DNA from: Clostridia bacterium
GTDB taxonomy: Bacteria; Bacillota; Clostridia; TANB77; CAG-508
Direction: 5' to 3'
Length of the DNA: 59,733 nucleotides
Assembly (NCBI GenBank): GCA_022798895.1
Contig: JAAWNJ010000001.1
Coordinates: forward strand, 1-59,733
Every line of letters begins with the position of its first letter. The first letter of the stretch is position 1. Positions 10,248 to 18,669 of this stretch are shown one piece after another. The notes under the pieces are model-generated. The model had not been told where the DNA came from and ran no database searches. It saw nothing but the letters and a program-made list of their open reading frames with translations. The position numbers and the translations under genes are program-made.

Positions 10248-11267
10248 CTATCCGTTTGTTACTAATTTTGCCATTGGAATTGTTTTGTGTGGCATTTTTC
10301 TTTTCCAGCTTGCACTATCAAATAGTTCAGTATCATTATAAATAAGTTTCTTTGTGGTTGGCTCAAAACTAAATCCATTTGGGTGTAAAGCTTCCGTTAC
10401 TCTTGTGATAAGAGTATCTTGTCCACCATTTTTAGTTGGCTCTCTCATTGCTTCTACTGGATAACTTTGATTTCCTTTACCCATTAAGATACTTCCTGTT
10501 CCTAATAGATAAGTTGTATATTCTTTTTCTCCTGTTGCTGTTGCACTATCAGCTACTGGCATACCATCATCTACTATTACTAACTTTCCATTATAGTATC
10601 CTATGTTTAATGGTCTTGTAATTCCTGATGGGTCTGTATATTTACTATATTCTAGTAATTGTAAATTTTCTAATGTTTTGGCTACATTAGAGTGCATTAT
10701 AGCCATTGCAAAACTATCTTTGTGGTCTCCTAATGCTTTTGTAATCGCATCATTAAGAGTTGTTGCACCAATTTTATTGGCATCTGTTACGCTTGATCCA
10801 GTTGTTGCAACATTATAAATATGTTGTGATAACTCTGTATCTCCTGTAATCCCAAAAATACCATTTAACAAAGCTATAATTTGTCTTTGTCTATATTTGT
10901 TCCAATATTTTGCAACTCTACCTATAATATGACCCATTGGATCTGCTCCTTGTACATCATTAATAAAATCTCTTGCAGTCCAACCTTTCCATCTCTTATA
11001 AGCTGTACCGCTTTGTGTATCACCTTCTACTTCTTTTGTTGTTAAATCTGTTTTGCCATCATTCACTAATGGATCTTCATTATCAATATCCTTTAAGAAT
11101 GGTATTGTATATTGTAACCCTGCCCCTTGTAAGTTCGCTGTTAATTCAGCACTGTTTACTACTGCACCGCTTTCTAATAGTGCTGTTAATACTGGGTCTG
11201 GCTCTGCTCCCCATCTATTAACAAAAATTTCTTCATCGAATGGAATACCTAAATATGTTCCTGCCCT
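10248..11267 (-). CDS. Major capsid protein (SPP1 gp13-like as recalled); proposed AGG start
   Basis: The ORF track starts at GTG 11066, but 69 further upstream codons (..GTYLGIPFDEEIFVNRWGAEPDPVLTALLESGAVVNSAEL..) are clearly coding. AGGAGG + 9 nt + AGG at 11267. Confidence 0.85.
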   Translation of the reverse strand, partial: RAGTYLGIPFDEEIFVNRWGAEPDPVLTALLESGAVVNSAELTANLQGAGLQYTIPFLKDIDNEDPLVNDGKTDLTTKEVEGDTQSGTAYKRWKGWTARDFINDVQGADPMGHIIGRVAKYWNKYRQRQIIALLNGIFGITGDTELSQHIYNVATTGSSVTDANKIGATTLNDAITKALGDHKDSFAMAIMHSNVAKTLENLQLLEYSKYTDPSGITRPLNIGYYNGKLVIVDDGMPVADSATATGEKEYTTYLLGTGSILMGKGNQSYPVEAMREPTKNGGQDTLITRVTEALHPNGFSFEPTTKKLIYNDTELFDSASWKRKMPHKTIPMAKLVTNG

Positions 11268-11282
11268 TCGACATTACCTCCT

Positions 11283-11882
11283 TTAATTAAATAATTGTTT
11301 ATACCCTTCTGGGTTTTCTATTTTATATTTTACTTGTTCATTATAACCTAATTTCAAAAATGCTTCTTTTGTCATAGGCTTGTCTTGTTCTCCACCTGTT
11401 GGCTTAGGTGTATCATTTATTAATTCTTCTCTAATTTTTGCTTCTGTTGCTTCTTTTTGTTTTTTCATTATTTCTGCTAATTGTTGAGCTTCTTTTTTTG
11501 TTAGTTCTAAATCTTCTTTAGTGATATTTTTTACTACTATATCTAAATCTTCTTTATCTAGGATTATTTCTCCTAAAATTTCTTTAACAGTATATTGGTT
11601 TTCTTTGATAGTAGCTTTTCTTTCTGCTTCTTTGGCATTTTCTAATGCTTTTTGTAGTTTTTCATCTTCTGTTAATTGTGAGTTCTTATATCCTTCTATT
11701 TCTGTATCTTTTGTTTTTAATGTGTCTTTCAATGTTTTGTTTTCTTTCTTTACACTTGATACATCATTTGAATATTTTTCAGTTGGAACATAATTAGCTC
11801 CAATTAACTTCTTAATAGCTTCTGCTTTTGCATTACTATCTAAATCTTCATTTCCTAATACGTTGCTTAATTCTTCGTCCAT
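11283..11882 (-). CDS. Scaffolding protein
   Basis: About 200 aa, acidic and coiled-coil, between portal and capsid. ATG (MDEEL..) after AAGGGAAAG. Confidence 0.65.
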   Translation of the reverse strand: MDEELSNVLGNEDLDSNAKAEAIKKLIGANYVPTEKYSNDVSSVKKENKTLKDTLKTKDTEIEGYKNSQLTEDEKLQKALENAKEAERKATIKENQYTVKEILGEIILDKEDLDIVVKNITKEDLELTKKEAQQLAEIMKKQKEATEAKIREELINDTPKPTGGEQDKPMTKEAFLKLGYNEQVKYKIENPEGYKQLFN

Positions 11883-11948
11883 TGACTTTCCCTTTCTCAC
11901 TTAAACCGTTTTTTACTGTGCCGTCCACATATTGTAAGTGGCTAACTT

Positions 11949-13625
11949 TTAACCCTCGTTAGCTGAGATATTTTTATCTATACTTTGATTTTCCTTTTTC
12001 TCTGCTTTATCATCTGTTTTTTTGCTACTCATATTTGTGTCGTTACCATCTCCTATAACATTTGATACTGCTTTTTTCCAAAGGTCATCTCCATAATATT
12101 CTTTTGCCTTCTCAAATACTTCATTAGGGTCATTGAATAATCCTATAACTGTAAATGCTATATCTGGTGGGCATTGTGCTGACATTAAATTCATAAGTGC
12201 TTGTGTCTTTACTAATATGTTGTCTGATTTGTTTCTTGTAAATTTAATATCTATATCACTTAATTTTAAACCTTTTAAATTTTCTGATTTGCCTTTTAAT
12301 TTTTCATTGCATATATTTAAAATCAATTTTAAAAACTGTCTTTCTGGCTTTTTAAATGAAAGTTCATCTTGTTTTGCTCTTTCATCTGCCATTGTCCAAC
12401 CTTCTCCTAGTAGTCTTGCTTGTCCTGTATCTCCTCCAGAAGGTTTATCATTTAGTCTTGGAATACCTACTATTGTTAATACATCATTATATATTCCATC
12501 TTTGTATGTCTTAACTTGTGAATTATCCATTTTTTGACCTAACAATTTTATGTCTGCTGGCTTGCTTGGGTCTGACGTTGATATCTCTACTGCACCAAGT
12601 TTTATTATTTCTTTATGCCTATCTATATCTATTTGTTGATTTATATATACTAATAAACTTTGTACAAATTGTTCTATATCGTCCAATTCGTTACTTGTTA
12701 TTCTATTTATAGCGTTTAACTGTGATATAACTAATTCTATAAGCCCAAGTCTATTTTTATTTAAAGGGTATTCTATAATTCTAAAGCCCTTAATTTGTAA
12801 TGGATATGGGTTAGGTAATTTCTTTTTTAAACCTAATTTATTCTTTTTAAATAATGGTTTTAGTTGCAATCTTCCATATTGTGTAGTTAATATCATTATT
12901 TTATCTTCACAATAAATTGTATATTCTTGATATTCTCCTATTGGTGGTGTATCCTGCGTTGTTATCTCATTACTAAAATTTTGGATATAAAATGAAAATA
13001 ACTGCTCTTCTGTAATTCCTGTACTGTATACTACGCCTGTTCTTTTAGGGTCTGGTGTAGATATTTCAAATGGTGCTTCGTCTTCATCTTCTGGGTTATC
13101 TTGGTCAGCCCATCTATACCCTGTACCTATTTTGTACCACCATTCTGAAAGTTCTTTATCTTTACTAGATTTATCTTCACTTTCCATAAATTTGTTAAGT
13201 AAAGATATTTTAGGGTTTGTATGTTCTGTTTCTTTCTCTCCCTTTTGCACATATTGTACTGGGTCTCCAAAAACATAAGATTTTTTAAATTCTACTATTT
13301 CATAAGCGTGGTTTACTAGGATTTTATTATTTATTTCTGGTCTTATCTTTTTAGTTTTTTCTAATATGGGCTGAATACCTTTATAGAAATTATCAAGATA
13401 CTCTATATCTGAAACATTTTGATTATGTATTGCCAATATTTCTGGCATTTTTTCTATTATATTTTCTGGTGTAAGTTCATCTTTTTGTAAGTTACAATAG
13501 ATAACTTTTCTTCCACTAAAACGATTTCGTTCATTTTCTGTAGCTGATTTTTCTTCATTTTCTTGTGTTACTTTGTCTATTGTTTCTTGAATTACATCTT
13601 TTTTAGTTTCTTCGTTTTCTTCCCT
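11949..13625 (-). CDS. Portal protein (SPP1 gp6-like); proposed AGG start
   Basis: Portal-like core (..IEYLDNFYKGIQPILEKTK..). The ORF-track start (GTG 13733) runs through a strong hairpin. TGGAGGA + 6 nt + in-frame AGG at 13625. No canonical start for the next ~60 codons. Confidence 0.8.
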   Translation of the reverse strand, partial: REENEETKKDVIQETIDKVTQENEEKSATENERNRFSGRKVIYCNLQKDELTPENIIEKMPEILAIHNQNVSDIEYLDNFYKGIQPILEKTKKIRPEINNKILVNHAYEIVEFKKSYVFGDPVQYVQKGEKETEHTNPKISLLNKFMESEDKSSKDKELSEWWYKIGTGYRWADQDNPEDEDEAPFEISTPDPKRTGVVYSTGITEEQLFSFYIQNFSNEITTQDTPPIGEYQEYTIYCEDKIMILTTQYGRLQLKPLFKKNKLGLKKKLPNPYPLQIKGFRIIEYPLNKNRLGLIELVISQLNAINRITSNELDDIEQFVQSLLVYINQQIDIDRHKEIIKLGAVEISTSDPSKPADIKLLGQKMDNSQVKTYKDGIYNDVLTIVGIPRLNDKPSGGDTGQARLLGEGWTMADERAKQDELSFKKPERQFLKLILNICNEKLKGKSENLKGLKLSDIDIKFTRNKSDNILVKTQALMNLMSAQCPPDIAFTVIGLFNDPNEVFEKAKEYYGDDLWKKAVSNVIGDGNDTNMSSKKTDDKAEKKENQSIDKNISANEG

Positions 13626-13648
13626 TCTATCTCCTCCATTTATATTAG

Positions 13649-13666
13649 AGAGGTCTTTCGACCTCT
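13649..13666 (-). promoter_or_regulatory. GNRA hairpin AGAGGTC-GAAA-GACCTCT upstream of the portal SD
   Basis: Perfect 7-bp stem. Shares the 13-mer GAGGTCGAAAGAC with 17902-17914. Confidence 0.5.
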
Positions 13667-13778
13667 TATGAATAATGGAGGAATTAGAATATAGATACTT
13701 TCCCCTCCATAATTTTTCGTATCTCTTTCCCACTATAATTTCACATAAATATAGTTCTCCTACATCTATTATATAAAT

Positions 13779-13988
13779 CTAAAAATAATATTCAAATTGA
13801 TTTACATAATTTTTAGGTTTGTCTGGATTTTCTACTTTGTATCTATCACATTTTGTTACATATATAACATATTGTCCCCAATAGTCTTTTTCCCTTGATA
13901 CTTGTTTCATGTAATCTTTTTTTATATTTCCATATCTATGTTTAAAACACTCTTCCCAATGTTCACATTTCCAACAAATATTCTTCCT
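13779..13988 (-). CDS. Cys-rich small protein (69 aa); proposed AGG start
   Basis: Open frame ..KNICWKCEHWEECFKHRYG..CDRYKVENPDKPK.. fills the portal-upstream gap. GAAGGTGAT + AAA + AGG at 13988. Confidence 0.45.
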   Translation of the reverse strand, partial: RKNICWKCEHWEECFKHRYGNIKKDYMKQVSREKDYWGQYVIYVTKCDRYKVENPDKPKNYVNQFEYYF

Positions 13989-14043
13989 TTTATCACCTTC
14001 TAAATATCTTTATAACCTATTTTTACTTTGTTATTTTTCAATT

Positions 14044-14283
14044 TTATTCCTCCAATAATTCTTGTTTTACTTCTTTAATAAAATCTATATCTTCATCTGG
14101 TTCATTTAATCTATCAAAATAATCTTCTATTCTGTCTATTCCTTTTTCTACTTTTTCTTTAGGTATAAAATTTTCTAATGCTTGTAATACCATATCTATT
14201 GAATTGTTTATTTTTCCACAATCCCTATACCTATTCTCTTGATTAAATTTTCTTACATTTTTTATTGCTTCTTCTAATTCCAT
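14044..14283 (-). CDS. Hypothetical protein (paralogue of 33860..34129)
   Basis: AGGAGG + ATG. Shares ..EAIKN..VLQALEN(F/S)IPK.. with the 33860 gene. Confidence 0.6.
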   Translation of the reverse strand: MELEEAIKNVRKFNQENRYRDCGKINNSIDMVLQALENFIPKEKVEKGIDRIEDYFDRLNEPDEDIDFIKEVKQELLEE

Positions 14284-14560
14284 AACTCCTCCTATTTTCC
14301 TCTAATCTAATTCTATAACAATGCTCAAGACAATCGTAACCTATTTCAACGGTTATACCATATTTAGCTTTAAGTAAAAATAATTTTGTTTCTATATAGC
14401 TTGTAGTTCTTAGTTCTGTTTCTCTAATCTCATTGTCATATATGCTAATTTCACTTTTTTTAAACGAAATTAACTCATTGAACTTTTGGTCTATAATATC
14501 ACATACTTCTTCATATCTTTTTAATTGTTCCTCATTCATATATTTAAACTTTGCTATCAT
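14243..14560 (-). CDS. Hypothetical protein
   Basis: 105 aa; ATG overlaps the TerL stop. Confidence 0.5.
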   Translation of the reverse strand: MIAKFKYMNEEQLKRYEEVCDIIDQKFNELISFKKSEISIYDNEIRETELRTTSYIETKLFLLKAKYGITVEIGYDCLEHCYRIRLEENRRSYGIRRSNKKCKKI

Positions 14561-15939
14561 ATTCCTAACAAACTCCTATTCAATGGTTTTGGTTTATTTG
14601 GCTTTCCTCTTTCGAGTATTATCTCTGTTACAAATAATGTTGCACTGTCTGGAGCGTCATCATTTCTATTTGGGTAATCAAAACTATATGTAGTTAAGTT
14701 TTTCATAAACCTACCATAGTCACTATTTGGCTTATAATCTTTCTTATGTTTAAAATATAGCATTTTCCTAATTGTACCTTGATTTTGATTTATTCTTCTT
14801 TCCTTAACCATTGTGCTATACTTTTCTGTAATGTTACAATAAAATATTCCTCTTTTTTCTAGCATTTCATCTAACAATGTTTTTAGTGAAGTATCTGTAT
14901 TGTTTTCTATCGCTAACCAAGTAATATGGTGTTCTTCTATCTTTGCAACTATTTCATCATATAAATCTGTAATTCCCTTTTTCTTAAAGATACAATCTAT
15001 CATATAGTAGTTTTTTCCATCTGTTTTGCATATTGGCATAGAAATATTATCTCGTCCTTTTCTTGTTGTATCTAATACCGCTAATGAATAATTGCTATAT
15101 GCTGGTGTTCCATCTTCATTTACAGGAAGTCTGTCAAAGTGATTTAACAATTCATCTGCGAAGTCAAGTCCTTCTGCTGGTATCGGGTCTTGCTGATATA
15201 CACAAGCCCATTGAAAATCATCTGTTACATCTCTTAATTGTCTTGCTTCTTCTGTTGTCATTACTGCTTCACAAGTTGTTTCATCGTTTTCATCTAGTAA
15301 TGGCACTCTTATTACTACTGTCGAACCGTCTTTACTTTCCCATACATACTTAAATTGTTTACTTGGAACTAACTCTGATATTGTTTCTCTATCTTGTATA
15401 ATTCTATTTAGTATATCTTCTGGTGACCACATTGTACCTGCAAATACAAATTTTGTACTATCTCCATCACGTCTATTTATCCAATTTCCAGTCCATTGAT
15501 TATATATATCTTGATGTTTTTTGCTGTCTGTTGCCTCTTCTGCTCCTTTGGTCATATCATCAAATATCATTGCTTTATTTGCTCTTTTACCAGTAACCTG
15601 TCCGTCTCTTGAAACTGCTATATGTGAATGTGCTACATTTGTGTCTTTTAATTTCCAGTTATACACTTCTTTTGTTGAAAATGGGTTATCTCCATACTGT
15701 TGATATTCTAGAAATACATCTCTATATCTCTTATCTGTTATTATTTCTCTTACTGTTCTACTAAAACCTGCTACTAGGTCATCTGAATAAGATAATCTTA
15801 TTATTGAGTTATTTCTATCTACTCCAAACAACCAAGCCGTCCAATATGTAAGTGTTACTGATTTACCTGTACTAGGTGGATAAGAAGCCACTATATACTT
15901 TAATTTATCTGAAAAGGTAATTTTATTTAAGTAAAACAA
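14557..15939 (-). CDS. Terminase large subunit
   Basis: Walker A ..YPPSTGKS.., ..MIFDDMTKG.., and a C-terminal nuclease-like part ..LAVLDTTRKG..NRNDDAPDS... Only a TTG start without SD; Walker A lies ~24 residues from the predicted N-terminus. Confidence 0.8.
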   Translation of the reverse strand: MFYLNKITFSDKLKYIVASYPPSTGKSVTLTYWTAWLFGVDRNNSIIRLSYSDDLVAGFSRTVREIITDKRYRDVFLEYQQYGDNPFSTKEVYNWKLKDTNVAHSHIAVSRDGQVTGKRANKAMIFDDMTKGAEEATDSKKHQDIYNQWTGNWINRRDGDSTKFVFAGTMWSPEDILNRIIQDRETISELVPSKQFKYVWESKDGSTVVIRVPLLDENDETTCEAVMTTEEARQLRDVTDDFQWACVYQQDPIPAEGLDFADELLNHFDRLPVNEDGTPAYSNYSLAVLDTTRKGRDNISMPICKTDGKNYYMIDCIFKKKGITDLYDEIVAKIEEHHITWLAIENNTDTSLKTLLDEMLEKRGIFYCNITEKYSTMVKERRINQNQGTIRKMLYFKHKKDYKPNSDYGRFMKNLTTYSFDYPNRNDDAPDSATLFVTEIILERGKPNKPKPLNRSLLGI

Positions 15940-16028
15940 AAATGGCTTTAAAACGCATTTACGTCCGTTCTAGTACCCTTTTAGTATTGTTCATTTCCAT
16001 ATATTCAAAAAAATGTTCTAGCGATCTT

Positions 16029-16316
16029 CTACCGAGCAAATGCCATACACTTTTCATATAGTTTGTAATAGTCTGCTTGATATTTAATTTCACATTTTAT
16101 AATTCTACTTTGCGTTGCTGGTAGTAAAAATGTAATTGCATATCTACAAGCATTCAATTCAATTTCTTGCCTATTCTTTGCATTTTTACCAGTATCAAAA
16201 TACTCTAATAATAACTGATACAATGCTTCACACATTGTCAAATATGAGTATTCATCTGGTACTTTACCTTTTAATGCTGTTATTATCTCTTTTATTGTTT
16301 TTTCATAATCTTGCCT
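16029..16316 (-). CDS. Hypothetical 95-aa protein upstream of TerL (small-terminase candidate by position); proposed AGG start
   Basis: The frame opens right after TAA. AGAGGTG + 8 nt + AGG at 16316. The ORF track starts 25 codons later. Confidence 0.5.
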   Translation of the reverse strand, partial: RQDYEKTIKEIITALKGKVPDEYSYLTMCEALYQLLLEYFDTGKNAKNRQEIELNACRYAITFLLPATQSRIIKCEIKYQADYYKLYEKCMAFAR

Positions 16317-16329
16317 TTACATCACACCT

Positions 16330-16548
16330 CTATTTTGCCTTATTTCCCATTTCTTCAATTTTTCTTAATCTTTTATCAATATCACTATATTTATTTTCCA
16401 AACTTTTAACTTGTCCGTTAATTGGTATTGGAATAAATCTTTCTAATAACATTCTTAAATATTCATTTTCTCTTATTAAGTCACATCTTTCTTGGTCTAG
16501 TCTTATGTTTTCTTTTTGTAAACTAATTTTATCTACACTATCTTCCAT
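16330..16548 (-). CDS. Hypothetical coiled-coil protein
   Basis: 72 aa; AGGAGG + ATG. Confidence 0.55.
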   Translation of the reverse strand: MEDSVDKISLQKENIRLDQERCDLIRENEYLRMLLERFIPIPINGQVKSLENKYSDIDKRLRKIEEMGNKAK

Positions 16549-16873
16549 TTCTACCTCCTACATACAAATATTTCCACCAGCTGTTACACTTCCGTTTTAC
16601 ATCATCACAATTGCAACTGCCTCCACAGTTTATATTGCCTCCTACATCATCACAGTTTACAGAGCCACCAGCTTGTATATTTCCTTTTACATTATTACAT
16701 TGTACAGAGCCTTGACATTCTATATGTTCTACATCTCCATAAATATATACATTACAATTTGGTGTTATTTCTCCTGATACTTCTTTGCCATCTACAAATA
16801 CTTTATTATTCATAATTGAAACATTATTTCCATTACAAACAATATCTTTTCCATTTATCACAATTCTGTTCAT
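16538..16873 (-). CDS. Bactofilin-like beta-helix repeat protein
   Basis: 111 aa. Repeats of G(D/S)V..(C/I).G.V.C(N/D)(N/D)V. AGGAGG + ATG. Confidence 0.45.
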   Translation of the reverse strand: MNRIVINGKDIVCNGNNVSIMNNKVFVDGKEVSGEITPNCNVYIYGDVEHIECQGSVQCNNVKGNIQAGGSVNCDDVGGNINCGGSCNCDDVKRKCNSWWKYLYVGGRNGR

Positions 16874-17045
16874 TTCTAGCCTCCTACACTCTTATTTCTA
16901 AATTTACTTTTGTTTGTGTTTCGTAAGTATCTTTGATTACTAAATCTATATCTTCGTTTATTTCTACATTAAAATCTTTGATTTTATAATCTCTTACAAA
17001 AGATGTTATCTTTTCTTTTAATTCTTGTAATCTTTGTTCCATAAA

Positions 17046-17294
17046 TTAGTCCTCCTCAATTATCTCTGTTCCTAAATATGTATGTTTTAAACTTATTGTT
17101 GTGCCTTGTGTTATTGTGATTGTAATTTTGTTTCCATTTAATTTGCTTTTTACTATAGCACCTTTTGTATGGTCTTCTGTATAATAAGGTTTACTCTGCA
17201 TATTTATACGAAAATCAGCTATATTTTCACTATCTCTAATCTTTTCTAATTCTTGTATTATTAAGTTAATTCCGTTCTTTATTGTTTTCTGCAA
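17046..17294 (-). CDS. Hypothetical protein
   Basis: 82 aa with a TTG start. Confidence 0.45.
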   Translation of the reverse strand: MQKTIKNGINLIIQELEKIRDSENIADFRINMQSKPYYTEDHTKGAIVKSKLNGNKITITITQGTTISLKHTYLGTEIIEED

Positions 17295-17301
17295 CGTTCA
17301 T

Positions 17302-17547
17302 TTACCCTAATTCCTCCAATCTTCTCTTATCTCTTTCATTTGTTGGAAAGCCTACTATTTCTACTAAACTGTACTTTGGTAAATCTAGTGCTATTTCTAT
17401 TTTCCTTGCTCTTACTGAACCTATTTGTATTGAACCATTTATTATATTTGACACATTTTGCTTAGGTACTTGCAATTTATCTGCCAACTGCTGTTGTGTC
17501 ATATTCTTTTTTTGTAATATTAGTTTTATATATGTTCCTATTTGCCT
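17302..17547 (-). CDS. XRE-family HTH regulator; proposed AGG start
   Basis: The ORF track starts at MTQQQLADKL, inside the HTH. Extending to AGG 17547 (GGAGGTG + 7 nt) restores xQIGTYIKLILQKKNMTQQQLADKLQV, a typical XRE N-terminus. Confidence 0.7.
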   Translation of the reverse strand, partial: RQIGTYIKLILQKKNMTQQQLADKLQVPKQNVSNIINGSIQIGSVRARKIEIALDLPKYSLVEIVGFPTNERDKRRLEELG

Positions 17548-17855
17548 TTTAAAGCACCTCCATATTTATTGTTTAAATAAGCTTCACATGCTTTATCTTT
17601 GCTTTTATATAATGATTTCGTAAAATAATATTCAAACTTGTTATTATTTGTATTTAAGCAATTACATACTATTATTAAATCTGCTCCTATTGTATTATCT
17701 ATTTCATATCCCATAAATTTTACTTTTGTTGGCTCTTTATTGTTGTCTGCTAAATAATAATATTTGCCTTCTTCTAATTCATTTTTTATCTTTGTATCTA
17801 CTTCATATACACTTTCATTATAATTAAGTCTTATTTTTATTGTATTTTCACACAT
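17538..17855 (-). CDS. Hypothetical protein
   Basis: 105 aa; AGGAGA + ATG. Confidence 0.6.
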   Translation of the reverse strand: MCENTIKIRLNYNESVYEVDTKIKNELEEGKYYYLADNNKEPTKVKFMGYEIDNTIGADLIIVCNCLNTNNNKFEYYFTKSLYKSKDKACEAYLNNKYGGALKGK

Positions 17856-18233
17856 ACTATTTCTCCTAACTATATTCTCTATGCAATGATATAAGGGTTT
17901 CGTCTTTCGACCTCGTGGACAATTATACTTTTATCGTATAACTTGTTCCTTTACCACCATTCTTTTTAATATCACTGCATACAAAATATAAACACTATGT
18001 AATGATATATTTGTTTTTTGCTTACGCAAGGAAAAGAATGCTTTTATTGTACAATTATTATGCTATTCTAAAACAGATAACCTAAGTATTTTACATATAT
18101 TACTACATACTATTGGCTTATATTTAGCGAGCATAAGCTAAACTCGACATAGTATTGATTGTTTGTAGTGCATTTTATAGTAATCAACTAACTATAAAAG
18201 ACTTCCCTAGCTTCTATGTAAAGCTTTCGTGGG

Positions 18234-18326
18234 TGGCATCGGAGAAGGGGAATTGCACCCTTTATTCTTCCATCGGCTTTCATTTCCTAGTCCCCGTTGG
18301 AGTGCTACTTTTACACTATCTCCAAT
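18234..18326 (-). ncRNA. tRNA-like RNA with expanded anticodon region, CCA-ended
   Basis: Acceptor ATTGGAG/CTCCGAT (one G-U). D arm AGTG-TAAAAGTAG-CACT. T arm AAGGG-TGCAATTC-CCCTT. Discriminator G + CCA. 38 nt replace the anticodon/variable region (stem AACGG/CCGAT, 17-nt loop). Confidence 0.45.
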
Positions 18327-18331
18327 ATATA

Positions 18332-18427
18332 TGGCACTCTGGCGAATAGACCTATCTAGAATGATACATAGGGCGAGTTATGTTCTCCCATTATTCCCTA
18401 ATATTATCTATTCTCTTAATCCAGAGT
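18332..18427 (-). ncRNA. 96-nt CCA-ended tRNA-like RNA
   Basis: Perfect 7-bp acceptor ACTCTGG/CCAGAGT + G + CCA. Inner 7-bp helix GAATAGA/TCTATTC. Internal GGGAG..CTC(G)CCC stem with the loop sequence ..AACATAA.. (contains CAT). Confidence 0.4.
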
Positions 18428-18514
18428 ATTAGGTTTGTGTAGTTTTCCTTCTATGAGGGATATTACAATACCCCTCTGCATTGACAGGTAATTACCTTAT
18501 TCAATATATTCTAC

Positions 18515-18588
18515 TGGGTGCAGGTAGCAGTAACGCTCTGCTCGCTTCGCCTAAGGAGGACGATATGTTACTTCTACACCAACCTGCA
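18515..18588 (-). tRNA. Atypical tRNA with anticodon CCU (reads AGG)
   Basis: 74-nt cloverleaf. Acceptor TGCAGGT/ACCTGCA. D stem GTGT/ACAT. Anticodon stem TCGTC/GGCGA with loop CTCCTTA. Variable loop AGCG. T stem AGCAG/CTGCT. Discriminator C + CCA. D loop AGAAGTA lacks GG, and T loop AGCGTTA lacks TTC. Confidence 0.6.
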
Positions 18589-18593
18589 ATATA

Positions 18594-18669
18594 TGGTTGC
18601 TGAGTGTCGGAATTGAACCGACTTTTTGTAGCTTATGAAACTACTAAGATACCTTACCTACCACTCGCA
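18594..18669 (-). tRNA. tRNA with CAU anticodon (Met/Ile2-type), irregular acceptor
   Basis: T arm GTCGG-TTCAATT-CCGAC. Anticodon arm GTAGT-TTCATAA-GCTAC. Encoded A + CCA. Acceptor TGCGAGT/ACTC(A)GCA has a bulged A. Lies 5 nt (tatat) upstream of the CCU tRNA. Confidence 0.55.

Noticed and set aside
11272-11274. The ATG inside the shared leader (also at 8209-8211) as the true start of the capsid and tail genes
   Set aside because: It lies only 2 nt from the SD and is out of frame with the long ORF. Its own frame stops after 13 or 9 codons. It looks like a by-product of a TAATG-like junction. A +1 frameshift from it cannot be fully excluded.
15940-16030. Stop-codon reassignment (TAG or TGA read-through) to extend TerL and other truncated-looking genes
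   Set aside because: Reading through the in-frame TAG meets TGA or TAA within a few codons. Gene ends use all three stop codons normally.
17895-17920. A hammerhead-ribozyme-like sequence (..GGUCGAAAGACGAAAC..)
   Set aside because: The CUGANGA core and a cleavage-site helix are missing; only the stem II/GAAA part resembles a hammerhead.
18155-18432. Plus-strand ORFs of 64 and 67 aa inside the RNA locus
   Set aside because: They have no SD, overlap tRNA-like structures on the other strand, and their composition is unlike the neighbouring genes.
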